Below, piece by piece: positions 28,538-38,425 of a stretch of 64,000 nucleotides of DNA. The notes below the pieces were generated by a model. The model worked only from the letters and a program-made list of their open reading frames with translations, did not search any database and was not told where the DNA came from. Numbering within the stretch: position 1 is the first letter of the stretch; every line of letters starts with the position of its first letter. Made by a program: the position numbers and the translations under genes. Source of the DNA: Pirellulales bacterium (GTDB lineage: Bacteria > Planctomycetota > Planctomycetia > Pirellulales > PALSA-1355); assembly GCA_963733035.1 (NCBI GenBank), contig CAVTBU010000004.1, positions 128,001-192,000 on the forward strand. Direction: 5' to 3'.

Positions 28538-28576
28538 TTGATATCGCCATTTAACTCCTGCATAATTGATCTATCA
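28538..28576 (+). promoter_or_regulatory. Sigma70-type promoter of the BMC operon with overlapping TGAT-N2-ATCA palindrome
   Basis: TTGATA (28538-28543) - 17 nt - CATAAT (28561-28566), then TGATCTATCA (28567-28576) in an AT-rich intergenic region. Confidence 0.55.
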
Positions 28577-28614
28577 GTGGCACATCTGTGCATCCAGGTG
28601 AAGGTTTTACATCC

Positions 28615-29391
28615 TTGCTTGTCGAAGAGCGTCGAACTCAATTGCTTGAAATGATTCGCACACGCGGGTTTGCGTCGCTGCCCGAGCTGGCCGACCAGCT
28701 GCAGGTCTCGGAGTCGACAGTCCGTCGCGACCTGGACCACCTGGAAGAAGTCGGCACGGCCAAGCGGACGCACGGGGGCGTGTTCTACACTGGACCGTCG
28801 CCCAAGTTGCCTCACTTCGACGAGCGGCAGCCGGCCCAGTGGGACAAGAAAAAGCAAATCGCCCTCGAAGCTTCTAAGCTCATCGAGGACGGCGACACAA
28901 TTCTGCTTGATGGCGGCAGCACAACGTATGAGGTTGCCCGGTTGCTCGTCGGCCGGCGGTTGCAGATCGTGACCAATTCGTTGCCAGTGGCAAACTTGTT
29001 TGCGTCGAACGCGAACAACGACCTGGTGATCGTGGGTGGATATGTTTACCCGCGGACCGGCGTGGCGTTGGGCCCGTATGCCAATGAAATGCTCGAGCGT
29101 CTCAACGTGCGGCGTACGATACTGAGCGTGTCGGGCGTGAACGAGCGCGGATTTTACAACAACAACTTGCTCCTGGTTGAAACCGAGCGAGCCATGATGC
29201 GAGCCGCCGATGAGGTGATCATCGTGGCCGATAGCACGAAGTTCGGCTGTCAGAGCTTGGCCCACTTGTGCGGCCTGGAAGAGGTGCAGCACATCGTCGT
29301 GGACGACGAGATCAATGACCAGTGGCGACAGAAGATCGCCGACGCCCGTGTCGACCTTCACCTGGTCGCCAGCCATACAAATCAGCAGTAG
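28615..29391 (+). CDS. DeoR/GlpR family transcriptional regulator of the PVM microcompartment locus
   Basis: [51 protein letters not shown] start inferred. Confidence 0.93.
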   Translation: MLVEERRTQLLEMIRTRGFASLPELADQLQVSESTVRRDLDHLEEVGTAKRTHGGVFYTGPSPKLPHFDERQPAQWDKKKQIALEASKLIEDGDTILLDGGSTTYEVARLLVGRRLQIVTNSLPVANLFASNANNDLVIVGGYVYPRTGVALGPYANEMLERLNVRRTILSVSGVNERGFYNNNLLLVETERAMMRAADEVIIVADSTKFGCQSLAHLCGLEEVQHIVVDDEINDQWRQKIADARVDLHLVASHTNQQ

Positions 29392-29411
29392 ACGAGAGAC
29401 TTGGAACCACT

Positions 29412-30086
29412 ATGAGCACCGCCGTCATCGACCGCTTTCAGGTGGAAGAAATCGTACGCGAGGTTGTGCTAGGCACGCTTCGCGCTCAATTCGGTTCGCG
29501 CGACAAACACGCGCCGGAACTAGTGGTCAGCATTTCGGCTCGGCATCTGCATTTGACGGATACCCACGTAGAGACCCTTTTTGGACCCGGTCGTAAGTTG
29601 ACCATTGCCAAACCGCTTTATCAGGACGGCTTCTTCGCGGCCGAGGAGACGGTGATGGTCGTGGGGCCGAAGCGGAGAATGCTTCCCAGCGTGCGCGTCC
29701 TCGGACCGACTCGCCCGGCAAGCCAGGTGGAGTTGGCATTCACGGACGCCATATCGCTGGGCATCGACGTGCCGGTGAGAGCCAGCGGCGCCATCCGGGG
29801 CTCAGCGGGCTGCGTGCTGGTGGGCCCTGCCGGCGTGGTCGAATTGGCCGAAGGCGTGATCCGCGCCGAACGGCACGTGCATATGAACCTCGACCATGCA
29901 GCCTATTACGGCGTCAAGAACGGCGACCGGCTGAACCTGCGGATTGAAAGCAGTTGCACCCTGGTGCTGGAAGACCTGCTGGTGCGGGCCGACAAGACCA
30001 GCAAGCTGGAAGTACATCTGGATACGGACGAGGGCAATGCGGCGGATTTGGATCACGCAACGAAAGTGGAATTGTTCAAGGCGTAG
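29412..30086 (+). CDS. pduL: Phosphate propanoyltransferase (PduL-type phosphotransacylase) with N-terminal encapsulation peptide
   Basis: [45 protein letters not shown]-terminal [13 protein letters not shown] amphipathic helix. Confidence 0.93.
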   Translation: MSTAVIDRFQVEEIVREVVLGTLRAQFGSRDKHAPELVVSISARHLHLTDTHVETLFGPGRKLTIAKPLYQDGFFAAEETVMVVGPKRRMLPSVRVLGPTRPASQVELAFTDAISLGIDVPVRASGAIRGSAGCVLVGPAGVVELAEGVIRAERHVHMNLDHAAYYGVKNGDRLNLRIESSCTLVLEDLLVRADKTSKLEVHLDTDEGNAADLDHATKVELFKA

Positions 30087-30170
30087 ACGAACTAGACGAA
30101 CTCCCCTCGCTTTCGCGTGGGGTTGGTAATTGAGACACAACCGTTTCCTTTTTTCTCTGGAGAACTTTTC

Positions 30171-30470
30171 ATGGCGAAAACCGTGGAAGCGCTCGGCATG
30201 ATCGAGACCAAGGGGTTTATCTCCCTGGTTGAGGCCAGCGACGCAATGATGAAGGCAGCCAACGTTGAATTTCTTGGCTGGGACAAAGTCGGCAGCGGCC
30301 TGGTCACCGCGTTTGTGACCGGCGACGTGGCTGCCGTGAAGGCCGCAACCGACGCCGGTGCCGCGGCCGCCGAGCGCGTAGGTGAAGTTGTGGCCGTGCA
30401 GGTCATTCCTCGTCCCCACGACGACCTGGGTATCGTGCTCCCTGAAAACCGCAAGCGAGCAAACGCCTAG
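30171..30470 (+). CDS. BMC-H hexameric shell protein
   Basis: [40 protein letters not shown]. Confidence 0.96.
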   Translation: MAKTVEALGMIETKGFISLVEASDAMMKAANVEFLGWDKVGSGLVTAFVTGDVAAVKAATDAGAAAAERVGEVVAVQVIPRPHDDLGIVLPENRKRANA

Positions 30471-30526
30471 GCCCGCACTCTTCTCTTGAAATTGAAATCC
30501 CAACGTCAAACAAGGATCTTCCATCC

Positions 30527-30796
30527 ATGAATTCTGCAATCGGACTCATTGAAACCCGTGGCTTGATCGCTCTGGTCGAAGCCACCGACGCGATGGCCAA
30601 GGCCGCGAACGTCGAGATCGTCAAACGTGTTTCCATCGGCGGTGCCTATGTCACGACCGTCGTCCGCGGCGACGTGGGAAGCGTGCGGGCTGCCGTGGAA
30701 GCCGGCGCCGCCGCCGCCACGCAGGTCGGCGAACTGGTCGCCAGTCACGTGATTCCGCGCCCGTCGGACGGACTGGTCGCCGCGTACCTGTCGTAA
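30527..30796 (+). CDS. BMC-H hexameric shell protein
   Basis: [40 protein letters not shown]. Confidence 0.96.
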   Translation: MNSAIGLIETRGLIALVEATDAMAKAANVEIVKRVSIGGAYVTTVVRGDVGSVRAAVEAGAAAATQVGELVASHVIPRPSDGLVAAYLS

Positions 30797-30863
30797 GGAC
30801 ATGCGGCGGCGCGTGTGGCCGAAGGTCGTCGCGCGGTGGACAAGCAGGAAAAAGGATTGCACC

Positions 30864-32053
30864 ATGAAGGTTTTGGTGGCCAACCTGGGCTCGACGAGCT
30901 TCAAGTATCGGCTGTTCGATATGGCCGACGAGCGCCAGCTTCGCGCGGCGGCATCGAACGGATCGGTGCCCCGGAAAGCCGCCTGTCGGTCGAGTTCGGC
31001 GGGCGGAAGCGCGAACAGGTGGCGCATGTGCCCGATCACGCCGTGGCGGTGCGTCAGTGTTTGGAACAACTGACGGACGCCGAGTCGGGTTGTCTGCAGG
31101 ATGCGAGCGAAGTTGCGGCCATCGGATTCAAGGCCGTGCATGGAGGAGCCGTTAGTGGCGTGCAGCGAGTGACGCCTGAGTTACTGGCGTGCATGGAGGA
31201 AATGAATGAAGTGGCGCCGGCTCACAATCCGCCATACATCACCGCGATGCGGCTCTTGAGCGAAAGACTCCCCGAGATTCCGCTGGTGGCGGCCTTCGAG
31301 ACCGGCTTTCATCAAACTCAGCCCGACCGCAACAAGTACTATCCGGTGCCTTATGAATGGGCCGAGAAGTACCGCGTCAAGCGGTGGGGATTCCATGGTG
31401 CGAGCCATCGCTACATTGCCACACGCGCGGCCGAATTGCTCGGACGAGACGATTTGCGCGTGATCTCCTGTCATCTAGGCGGCTCGAACTCACTGTGTGC
31501 GATTCGCGGGCTGACGAGTATGGCAACTTCGATGGGCATGAGTCCCCAGTCGGGCGTACCCCATAACAACCGGGCTGGCGACTTCGATCCGTTTGCTATT
31601 CCCGTGATCATGAAGCAAACGGGACAAACATTTTCTCAGGTGCTGTCCGACCTGGCCGAGCGGAGCGGACTGCTGGGTCTCAGCGGAGTCAGCGGAGATA
31701 TTCGCGATCTGGAAGAAGCCGCGGCCGGCGGAAACGTCCGGGCGCGGTTGGCACTCGACGTGTTCACGTCCGACGTCCGCAGGTCGCTCGGCGCGATGCT
31801 CGCCGAGTTGGGCGGAGCCGACATGATCGTCTTCACTGGCGGCATCGGCGAAAACTGCATAAACGTTCGCACGGCCGTCGTGGGCGGGCTAGGCGACCTT
31901 GGCATCGTGCTGGACGCGGCGGCCAATGCCACAGCCAAGGGCGAGTCGAAAATCAGCACCGCGGAGAGCCGCACGCAGATTTGGGTCGTGCCCACCAACG
32001 AGGAACTAATCGTGGCCCGGCAAACCAAACAACTTTTGCAAGGCGAAGGGTAA
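30864..32053 (+). CDS. ackA: Acetate/propionate kinase; frameshifted near 30942
   Basis: [15 protein letters not shown] in one frame, then [51 protein letters not shown] in the next. Confidence 0.92.
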
Positions 32054-32057
32054 AGCC

Positions 32058-32384
32058 ATGTTTCTGGCCAAAGTCACCGGCTCGCTGGTGGCCACACAAA
32101 AGGTCGACACGATGGTCGGGCAAAAGCTGCTCGTCGTGGAGCCCTATCGAATCGATCCGCAAGATCGCAATCGGCTGGTTTCCACCGGCCGCACGTTCGT
32201 GGCTGTCGATGCCTTGGGCGCCGGCGACGGCGAGTTCGTGCTGATCACGCAAGGATCGAGCGCCCGCATGACTCCCGAGACTTCGAAGCTGCCGATCGAC
32301 TGCGTGATCGTGGGTCTGGTCGATACGGTTCATGTCGATCAGAACTGCGTCTTCCGCCGGGAAGAGCAGACGCACTCCGACTGA
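32058..32384 (+). CDS. BMC-P pentameric vertex protein (EutN/CcmL family)
   Basis: MFLAKVTGSLVATQK..VAVDALGAGDGEFVLITQGSSAR..PIDCVIVGLVD. Confidence 0.95.
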   Translation: MFLAKVTGSLVATQKVDTMVGQKLLVVEPYRIDPQDRNRLVSTGRTFVAVDALGAGDGEFVLITQGSSARMTPETSKLPIDCVIVGLVDTVHVDQNCVFRREEQTHSD

Positions 32385-32429
32385 AATTCAATACACCCTC
32401 AGGGTACAAGCCGGGGATAAATACCAACC

Positions 32430-33875
32430 ATGCAAGCTACCGAAGAATTGATCAAAAGCGTCGTCGAACAAGTGCTAAACCGCATGGGCACGGCGGGCAT
32501 TGCGCCGCCCCCGCCGCCCAACGGCCACAGCTACGCTGGGCGCTATGGAGTGTTCACTTGCGTTGACCAAGCCGTGGCCGCCGCCACCGAGGCATTCGAA
32601 CAGCTCAGTGAGCGTTCGCTCGAAGATCGCAAGCGAGTCATCGATCACATCCGCCGTATCTCCATCGAGCAATCGGTCGAACTCGGCACGATGGAAATGG
32701 AAGAAACGAAGATCGGCCGACTTGTTCACAAGATTGAAAAGCTCAAGACGCTCGGCGAGAAGACACCTGGCGTCGAGTTCATGCGGAGCGAGGTTTTCAG
32801 CGGCGACCATGGGCTGGCCGTTATCGAACACGCTCCGTTTGGCGTCATCGGCGCCATTACGCCGGTGACGCATTCGCTGCCGACAATCACGGGCAACGCC
32901 GTGAGCATGATCGCCGGAGGCAACACGCTGGTCGTCAACCCGCATCCCAGCGGCAAGCGGGTGGCGGTCGAAGGCGTGCGTCGCTTCAACCAGGCGATCT
33001 ATCACGACCTGGGCATCGACAACCTGATTTCGGTCATCGCCGAACCGACGATCGAATCGGCCGACGCGGTGTTCAATCATCGCGGCGTCAAACTAATCTG
33101 TGTGACGGGTGGACCGGCCGTGGCGCGAGCCGCCATGCAGTCGTCCAAGCGCGCGATCGTAGCGGGACCAGGCAACCCGCCGGTGGTCGTCGACGAAACG
33201 GCCGATCTGGACCGCGCCGCCCGAGCGATCATTCAGGGCGGAGCCTACGACAATAACCTGCTATGCATCGCCGAGAAGGAAGTGTTCGTCGTAGCCAGCG
33301 TCTTCGATGCGATGATGGCGGCCATGGAGCGGGCCGGCGCTGCCAGACTGAACACCCGAGAGATCGACGCCTTGACCAAACGGGCGATCGCGACGGTGGG
33401 CGAGGGAGACCACAAGCACGACGTGGCCCACAAGGACTTCATCGGCAAAGATGCCGCCTGGTTGGCCGACGCTGCGGGCAAACGTGTTTCGGAGCGCACC
33501 GAACTGATCTTCGGCGAGACCGACGAATCCAATCCATTCGTGCCGGTGGAGCAGATGATGCCATTCGTGCCATTCGTCCGCGTGCGCAACGTCGACGAGG
33601 CGATCGAAAAAGCCAAGTACTACGAACACGGCTTCCGCCACACCAGCATCATCCACTCGAACAACGTGCGGAACATGACCCGCATGGGCCGGGCGCTCGA
33701 CACGACCCTGTTCGTCAAGAACGGGCCCTGCATGGCGGCACTCGGATTGGGTGGCGAAGGCTATCTGTCGTTCTCGATTGCGACGCCGACTGGCGAGGGC
33801 GTGACGACACCGCTGACTTTCACCCGCGAGCGACGCTGCTCACTGATTGATGATTTGAGGATTTTGGGAAAGTAG
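32430..33875 (+). CDS. CoA-acylating aldehyde dehydrogenase (PduP/EutE type) with N-terminal encapsulation peptide
   Basis: [63 protein letters not shown]-terminal [15 protein letters not shown]. Confidence 0.95.
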   Translation: MQATEELIKSVVEQVLNRMGTAGIAPPPPPNGHSYAGRYGVFTCVDQAVAAATEAFEQLSERSLEDRKRVIDHIRRISIEQSVELGTMEMEETKIGRLVHKIEKLKTLGEKTPGVEFMRSEVFSGDHGLAVIEHAPFGVIGAITPVTHSLPTITGNAVSMIAGGNTLVVNPHPSGKRVAVEGVRRFNQAIYHDLGIDNLISVIAEPTIESADAVFNHRGVKLICVTGGPAVARAAMQSSKRAIVAGPGNPPVVVDETADLDRAARAIIQGGAYDNNLLCIAEKEVFVVASVFDAMMAAMERAGAARLNTREIDALTKRAIATVGEGDHKHDVAHKDFIGKDAAWLADAAGKRVSERTELIFGETDESNPFVPVEQMMPFVPFVRVRNVDEAIEKAKYYEHGFRHTSIIHSNNVRNMTRMGRALDTTLFVKNGPCMAALGLGGEGYLSFSIATPTGEGVTTPLTFTRERRCSLIDDLRILGK

Positions 33876-33879
33876 ATCC

Positions 33880-34137
33880 ATGCAAGTTGGCACGGTCATC
33901 GGCACGACGACTTCCACAGTGAAGCACCCTTCCCTGTTGGGCTGGAAGATGCTCATCGTGCAGTTTGTGCTGGCCGATGGGCACACCTCCGACGGCGATC
34001 CGGTGGTTGCCGTCGACGCGTTGGGCGCTGGTGCCGGCGATCGGGTGATTCTAACGAGCGACGGCAAAGCGACGCGGGCACTATTGCAAAGCGACACCAC
34101 GCCGGTTCGCTGGAACGTGATGGGAATACAGGACTAG
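33880..34137 (+). CDS. BMC-P pentameric vertex protein (EutN/CcmL family)
   Basis: GTVIGTTTSTVKHPSL.GWKMLIVQ..VAVDALGAGAGDRVILTSDG. Confidence 0.93.
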   Translation: MQVGTVIGTTTSTVKHPSLLGWKMLIVQFVLADGHTSDGDPVVAVDALGAGAGDRVILTSDGKATRALLQSDTTPVRWNVMGIQD

Positions 34138-34139
34138 TC

Positions 34140-34862
34140 GTGACCAGCCGAACGCACAATTCGAGCCAGCGAGCCGCGGTCGAACGCATCGTCCGCGAAG
34201 TCCTGGCCGACCTGCACTCCGGCCGCTCGGCACCGAAAACCAAGGGAAGTCGATCTCTCGGCACGTCGCCGCCCGGGTCAAGGTCCGACTCGCAACTCAC
34301 GCTGACGTCCAAAGTCGTCAGCGCCGCAGCTCTCGAAGGGCGATTGGCCGGCGTGAGCCAACTCGTTGTGACGCGCGGAGCCATCATCACGCCCGCCGCT
34401 CGCGACGAATTGAAGAAGCACCAAGTCAGCGTCGCATCTGCCGTCGACACCGGCAAACCCGCCGGCAGCGCCGTCCTGAATGTGGGCGTGTCTGAAACCA
34501 CATACAACGCAACATCTCTGCTGGCGGCGCTTGCGGCGGAAGGGAGAATTGAGCACTTAGCTTCTGGCGCGCTGCCGTCCGTCATCGAATCGCTCGGAAA
34601 GGTTGTCGGCAGCGGTTTTGGCCTGCTGATCACCGATCAATCGGCGGCCGCCTTGTGCCTGGCTAATCGTCGTAGCGGCCTCCGGGCAGCACTCGCAAGC
34701 AGTTGCTCGACAGTCGATGCGGCGGTTGCCGCCATCGGCCCAAACCTGCTCGTTGTCGAGCCCCGCGGCCGCAGTGTTTTCGACATCAAGCAAGCGATCC
34801 GCCATTGGCTGCGTTACGGTCAGCCTGTTTGTCCACCGTCACTACAAGCCCACTTAGATTGA
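34140..34862 (+). CDS. Conserved PVM-locus hypothetical protein (encapsulation peptide + degenerate RpiB-like domain)
   Basis: N-terminal VERIVREVLADL helix; AIITPAARDELK; AALCLANRRSGLRAA and NLLV resemble the RpiB/LacAB fold; position between BMC-P genes. Confidence 0.7.
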   Translation: MTSRTHNSSQRAAVERIVREVLADLHSGRSAPKTKGSRSLGTSPPGSRSDSQLTLTSKVVSAAALEGRLAGVSQLVVTRGAIITPAARDELKKHQVSVASAVDTGKPAGSAVLNVGVSETTYNATSLLAALAAEGRIEHLASGALPSVIESLGKVVGSGFGLLITDQSAAALCLANRRSGLRAALASSCSTVDAAVAAIGPNLLVVEPRGRSVFDIKQAIRHWLRYGQPVCPPSLQAHLD

Positions 34863-34891
34863 ACTCGTCCCGTTTTACGGGAGGCACCACC

Positions 34892-35191
34892 ATGCGAATC
34901 GGCGAAGTCATCGGCACCGTCACGCTTAGCCGGGTCCATCCCACATTGGCCGGCGCGGCGTTTCGCCTGACGATTCCCCTTACGCGATCCGACCTGACGA
35001 GCAACGAACCACCCAGTGGCGAGGAACTGGTCGTTTACGACTCGCTGGGCGCCGGCGTTGGCAGCCGGATTGCGTTCAGCGAAGGGGGCGAAGCGGCGCA
35101 ACCGTTTCTGCCCGAGGAAAAGCCGGTCGATGCTTACAACGCGGCGATCCTCGATGACATTCAAATCAACCTGCCGGAGTCGGCGGTCTAA
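34892..35191 (+). CDS. BMC-P pentameric vertex protein (EutN/CcmL family)
   Basis: MRIGEVIGTVTLSRVHP..VVYDSLGAGVGSRIAFSEGGEAAQPF..PVDAYNAAILD; GGAGG RBS upstream. Confidence 0.92.
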   Translation: MRIGEVIGTVTLSRVHPTLAGAAFRLTIPLTRSDLTSNEPPSGEELVVYDSLGAGVGSRIAFSEGGEAAQPFLPEEKPVDAYNAAILDDIQINLPESAV

Positions 35192-35273
35192 ATCAACTAC
35201 CCAATCCACAATCACAACTACGTTTCGCGACCGTCAGGCATGGTCCTGACCGACGACATCAGAAAGGCAATCC

Positions 35274-36158
35274 ATGCCCAACCTGCATCAATTGAAACTC
35301 GAGATCTGCGACATCGGGAGGCGGATCTACAACAAGGGATTCGCGGCCGGCAACGATGGCAACATTAGCTACCGGCTGGGACCGAACGAAGTGCTTTGCA
35401 CGCCGACGATGGTTTCCAAGGGCTTCCTGAAACCCGACGACTTGTGCATCGTCGACATGGAAGGAAACCAGAAGAGCGGCCGGCGTAAGCGGACCAGCGA
35501 AATCATGCTGCATCTGGCCATCATGAAGAAGCGCTCGGACGTGAAAAGCGTCGTCCACTGCCACCCGCCGCATGCCACGGCGTTTGCCGTAGCCCGCGAG
35601 CCGATTCCGCAATGCGTGCTACCCGAGGTAGAGGTGTTTCTCGGAGACGTTCCGATTACGAAGTACGAAACACCAGGCGGTCAGCCCTTCGCCGATACCA
35701 TTCTGCCGTTTGTCGAAAAGAGCAATGTGATCATTCTGGCGAATCACGGCACCGTGAGCTTTGGTGAAACGGTCGAGCGGGCCTATTGGTGGACCGAGAT
35801 CCTCGATGCCTATTGCCGGATCCTGATGCTCTCGAAAGACCTGGGTCGTGTGACCTACTTCACCGAAGAGAAAGAACGCGAGCTGTTGGAACTCAAAACC
35901 AAATGGGGCTACAAGGACGCGCGGCTGGCGCCGGGCATGGAGAATTGCGACATTTGCGCCAACGACGTGTTCCGCGACAGCTGGAAGGACAGCGGACTCG
36001 AGCGCCGAGCGTTCGATGCTCCTCCGTCAATGCGCCCGAAGAACTCCCCGACTCCTTCCGGCAACGGTTCGGTCAGCGGCACGCTGGGCAAAATCGACCA
36101 GGAAGCACTCGTCAAAACCATTACTGACCGCGTGTTGGCCGCCCTGCAGGGTCGGTAA
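35274..36158 (+). CDS. Class II aldolase (fuculose/rhamnulose-1-phosphate aldolase-like) with C-terminal encapsulation peptide
   Basis: GNDGNIS, TPT, TSEIMLH, VVHCHPPHAT, LANHG; C-terminal DQEALVKTITDRVLAAL after a Pro/Ser/Gly linker. Confidence 0.92.
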   Translation: MPNLHQLKLEICDIGRRIYNKGFAAGNDGNISYRLGPNEVLCTPTMVSKGFLKPDDLCIVDMEGNQKSGRRKRTSEIMLHLAIMKKRSDVKSVVHCHPPHATAFAVAREPIPQCVLPEVEVFLGDVPITKYETPGGQPFADTILPFVEKSNVIILANHGTVSFGETVERAYWWTEILDAYCRILMLSKDLGRVTYFTEEKERELLELKTKWGYKDARLAPGMENCDICANDVFRDSWKDSGLERRAFDAPPSMRPKNSPTPSGNGSVSGTLGKIDQEALVKTITDRVLAALQGR

Positions 36159-36187
36159 GCGGCGATTGATATCAGAGGGAACTCTAC

Positions 36188-37129
36188 ATGAAAGTCAGCA
36201 TTATCGGCGCCGGCGGACTGGTTGGCTCGTGCACGGCCTTCGCCCTGCAGACGGGCAAAATCGTTCGCGAGATTGCCCTGCTCGACGCCAACGCGGAAGC
36301 CGCCGCCGGCCAGGCCCTCGACCTGCTGCACGGGGCTAGCCTGATGGCCGACCAGGTGATCACGTCGGGCGGCTACGAGCACATACCCACCAGCGACTTG
36401 ATCTGCATCACGGCAGGCCTCCGCCGCAAGCCAGACGAAAGCCGCTTGGACCTGATCAACCGCAACGTCGACCTGTTCGTCCAGATCCTGTCGAGCATCC
36501 AACAGGCCGGCCACAAGCCCGACGCCACGGTGCTAGTCGTATCGAACCCGGTCGACATACTAACGTATCTGGCCGCGGCCAAGCTTGACTTGCCGCCGTC
36601 GCGCGTGATTGGATTGGGCACGCAACTCGATACGATTCGCTTTCGCGCATTGATTGCCGAGCGCTTGGCCGCGCCGCCGACGCAGGTCAAGGCGTTGATG
36701 CTCGGCGAGCACGGCGACAGCATGGTACCGATCTGGTCGAGTGCCACGATTGCCGGTCTGCCGCTGGAGAAGTTTCCCGGCTGGAACGCTCACCTGGCCA
36801 ACGAACTGTTCACGCGGACCAAGGGTTCCGGTGCCGAGGTGATCAAACGTAAGGGAGGCGCCGGGTTTGCCGTCGGTCTTGCGATCCAGGAAGTGATCGA
36901 AGCAGTGGCTCTCGACCGCCGGGCCATCTTGCCGGTCTCGAGCGTGCAGCGCGGCTGCTACGGCATTCGCGACGTGGCGCTTTCGGTGCCGACGGTCGTC
37001 GGCTGCCACGGTGTCGTTGATACGTTGGAGATCGACCTTTGGCCCAAGGAAGTGCAGGCCCTGCGCAAAAGCGGTCAGGTGCTCCGGCAGACGGTCGATG
37101 CCGTGCTGACTCGGTTGGCCGGCAAATAA
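36188..37129 (+). CDS. Lactate/malate dehydrogenase family protein
   Basis: IIGAGGLVG, TAGLRRKPDESRLDL, VSNPVD, GTQLDTIRFR, GEHGDS. Confidence 0.92.
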   Translation: MKVSIIGAGGLVGSCTAFALQTGKIVREIALLDANAEAAAGQALDLLHGASLMADQVITSGGYEHIPTSDLICITAGLRRKPDESRLDLINRNVDLFVQILSSIQQAGHKPDATVLVVSNPVDILTYLAAAKLDLPPSRVIGLGTQLDTIRFRALIAERLAAPPTQVKALMLGEHGDSMVPIWSSATIAGLPLEKFPGWNAHLANELFTRTKGSGAEVIKRKGGAGFAVGLAIQEVIEAVALDRRAILPVSSVQRGCYGIRDVALSVPTVVGCHGVVDTLEIDLWPKEVQALRKSGQVLRQTVDAVLTRLAGK

Positions 37130-37146
37130 CTCACGAGAAGAGACCC

Positions 37147-38412
37147 ATGGCTGCAGTCAAGTCGCTCGATCAAAAGCTTGCCGCGATTCACGCCGACCCG
37201 TCCGGTGCCAAGGATTTTATCCTGGCCGACGCCAAGGATGCCGACATGGCCTTTGGTATCGGCGCGCCGGGCAAGTCGCCCGAGATGCACGCCGGCGAAG
37301 TGCGCATGCGAACCTTGGCGGAGTATCGCGAGAACATCCGCCAAATCACACGGCAGGGTCTGGTCGATATCATGCTGATGTCGGCTAGCACGAGCGATGT
37401 ACTGACGATCGGAGAGCAACTGTTCGAGCACAGCCACGTGACGCCGGCGGCTCGTGCCAACGACACCAGCGACGTGTTCGCCGTGCGGCATGGCCGTTAC
37501 GTCGCTGAACCGGCACGGCCGTTTCGGTCGGCCCTGCTCGACCATATTCAATGCGGCCACACCGATTGCGAGCCCGCGGAGCGTGTGCTGGGAGCCAACC
37601 TGGGTCTCTACAGCGTCACGTTCAACAACAATCTCGACGACGACATCCTTGCGCTACAACAATACCGGCTTTTCCGCGAGGAAGCCGAACGCAAGGGCTT
37701 CAGACATTTTCTGGAAGTATTCGATCCGAATTCCCCGCAAGGCCTGTCAGCCGAGACAACGCCGCAGTACCTCAACGACTGCATCGCCCGTACGCTGGCT
37801 GGCGTGGCCACGGCCGGGCGGCCGATCTTTCTGAAGATTGTGTACCACGGTCCCCAGGCGATGGAAGAACTCGTGGCCTACGACCCGCACCTCGTGGTCG
37901 GCATTCTTGGCGGCAGCGCGGGAACGACATACGACGCATTCAAGCTGATTGCGGAAGCCCAGAAATACGGGGCCAGGGCAGCACTGTTCGGTCGCAAGAT
38001 TAACAACGCCGAATGCCAACTGGCATTTGTTGAGTTTCTGCGGCACATCGTCGACGGGCACATTTCGCCCGAAGAAGCCGTGCGGGCGTATCATGGCGTC
38101 CTCGCGAAATTGAACATCAAGCCACAACGCTCGCTGAACGACGACATGGAACTGCGAAGTGGTGTGATGAGTTATGGCGGGGCCAGCACCGTGAGTGTGC
38201 CGGCCGGAGTGCCCAAACCCGCGAGCGGAAAGGCCCCCAGCAAGTCGGCGAAGCATGATTGCGGCTGTGGCGGCCCGGATCCGAGCAAGTGTACTTGTGA
38301 TACCCATAATCACAGCTCGACGAGCGACTCGCCCGACTTTGCCAGGATGACGCAAGCCGAAAAGCGGGCGTACAACAAGGCCGAGCGCGATCGGATTTTC
38401 GGAAAGTACTGA
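37147..38412 (+). CDS. Uncharacterised class I aldolase-like (DhnA/LsrF-like TIM barrel) protein with Cys/His-rich C-terminal tail
   Basis: FLKIVY (candidate Schiff-base Lys), VGILGGSAG and GARAALFGRKI parallel the DhnA-family motifs; 17 bp after the dehydrogenase stop. Confidence 0.55.
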   Translation: MAAVKSLDQKLAAIHADPSGAKDFILADAKDADMAFGIGAPGKSPEMHAGEVRMRTLAEYRENIRQITRQGLVDIMLMSASTSDVLTIGEQLFEHSHVTPAARANDTSDVFAVRHGRYVAEPARPFRSALLDHIQCGHTDCEPAERVLGANLGLYSVTFNNNLDDDILALQQYRLFREEAERKGFRHFLEVFDPNSPQGLSAETTPQYLNDCIARTLAGVATAGRPIFLKIVYHGPQAMEELVAYDPHLVVGILGGSAGTTYDAFKLIAEAQKYGARAALFGRKINNAECQLAFVEFLRHIVDGHISPEEAVRAYHGVLAKLNIKPQRSLNDDMELRSGVMSYGGASTVSVPAGVPKPASGKAPSKSAKHDCGCGGPDPSKCTCDTHNHSSTSDSPDFARMTQAEKRAYNKAERDRIFGKY

Positions 38413-38425
38413 AGCCCGGCGGACA

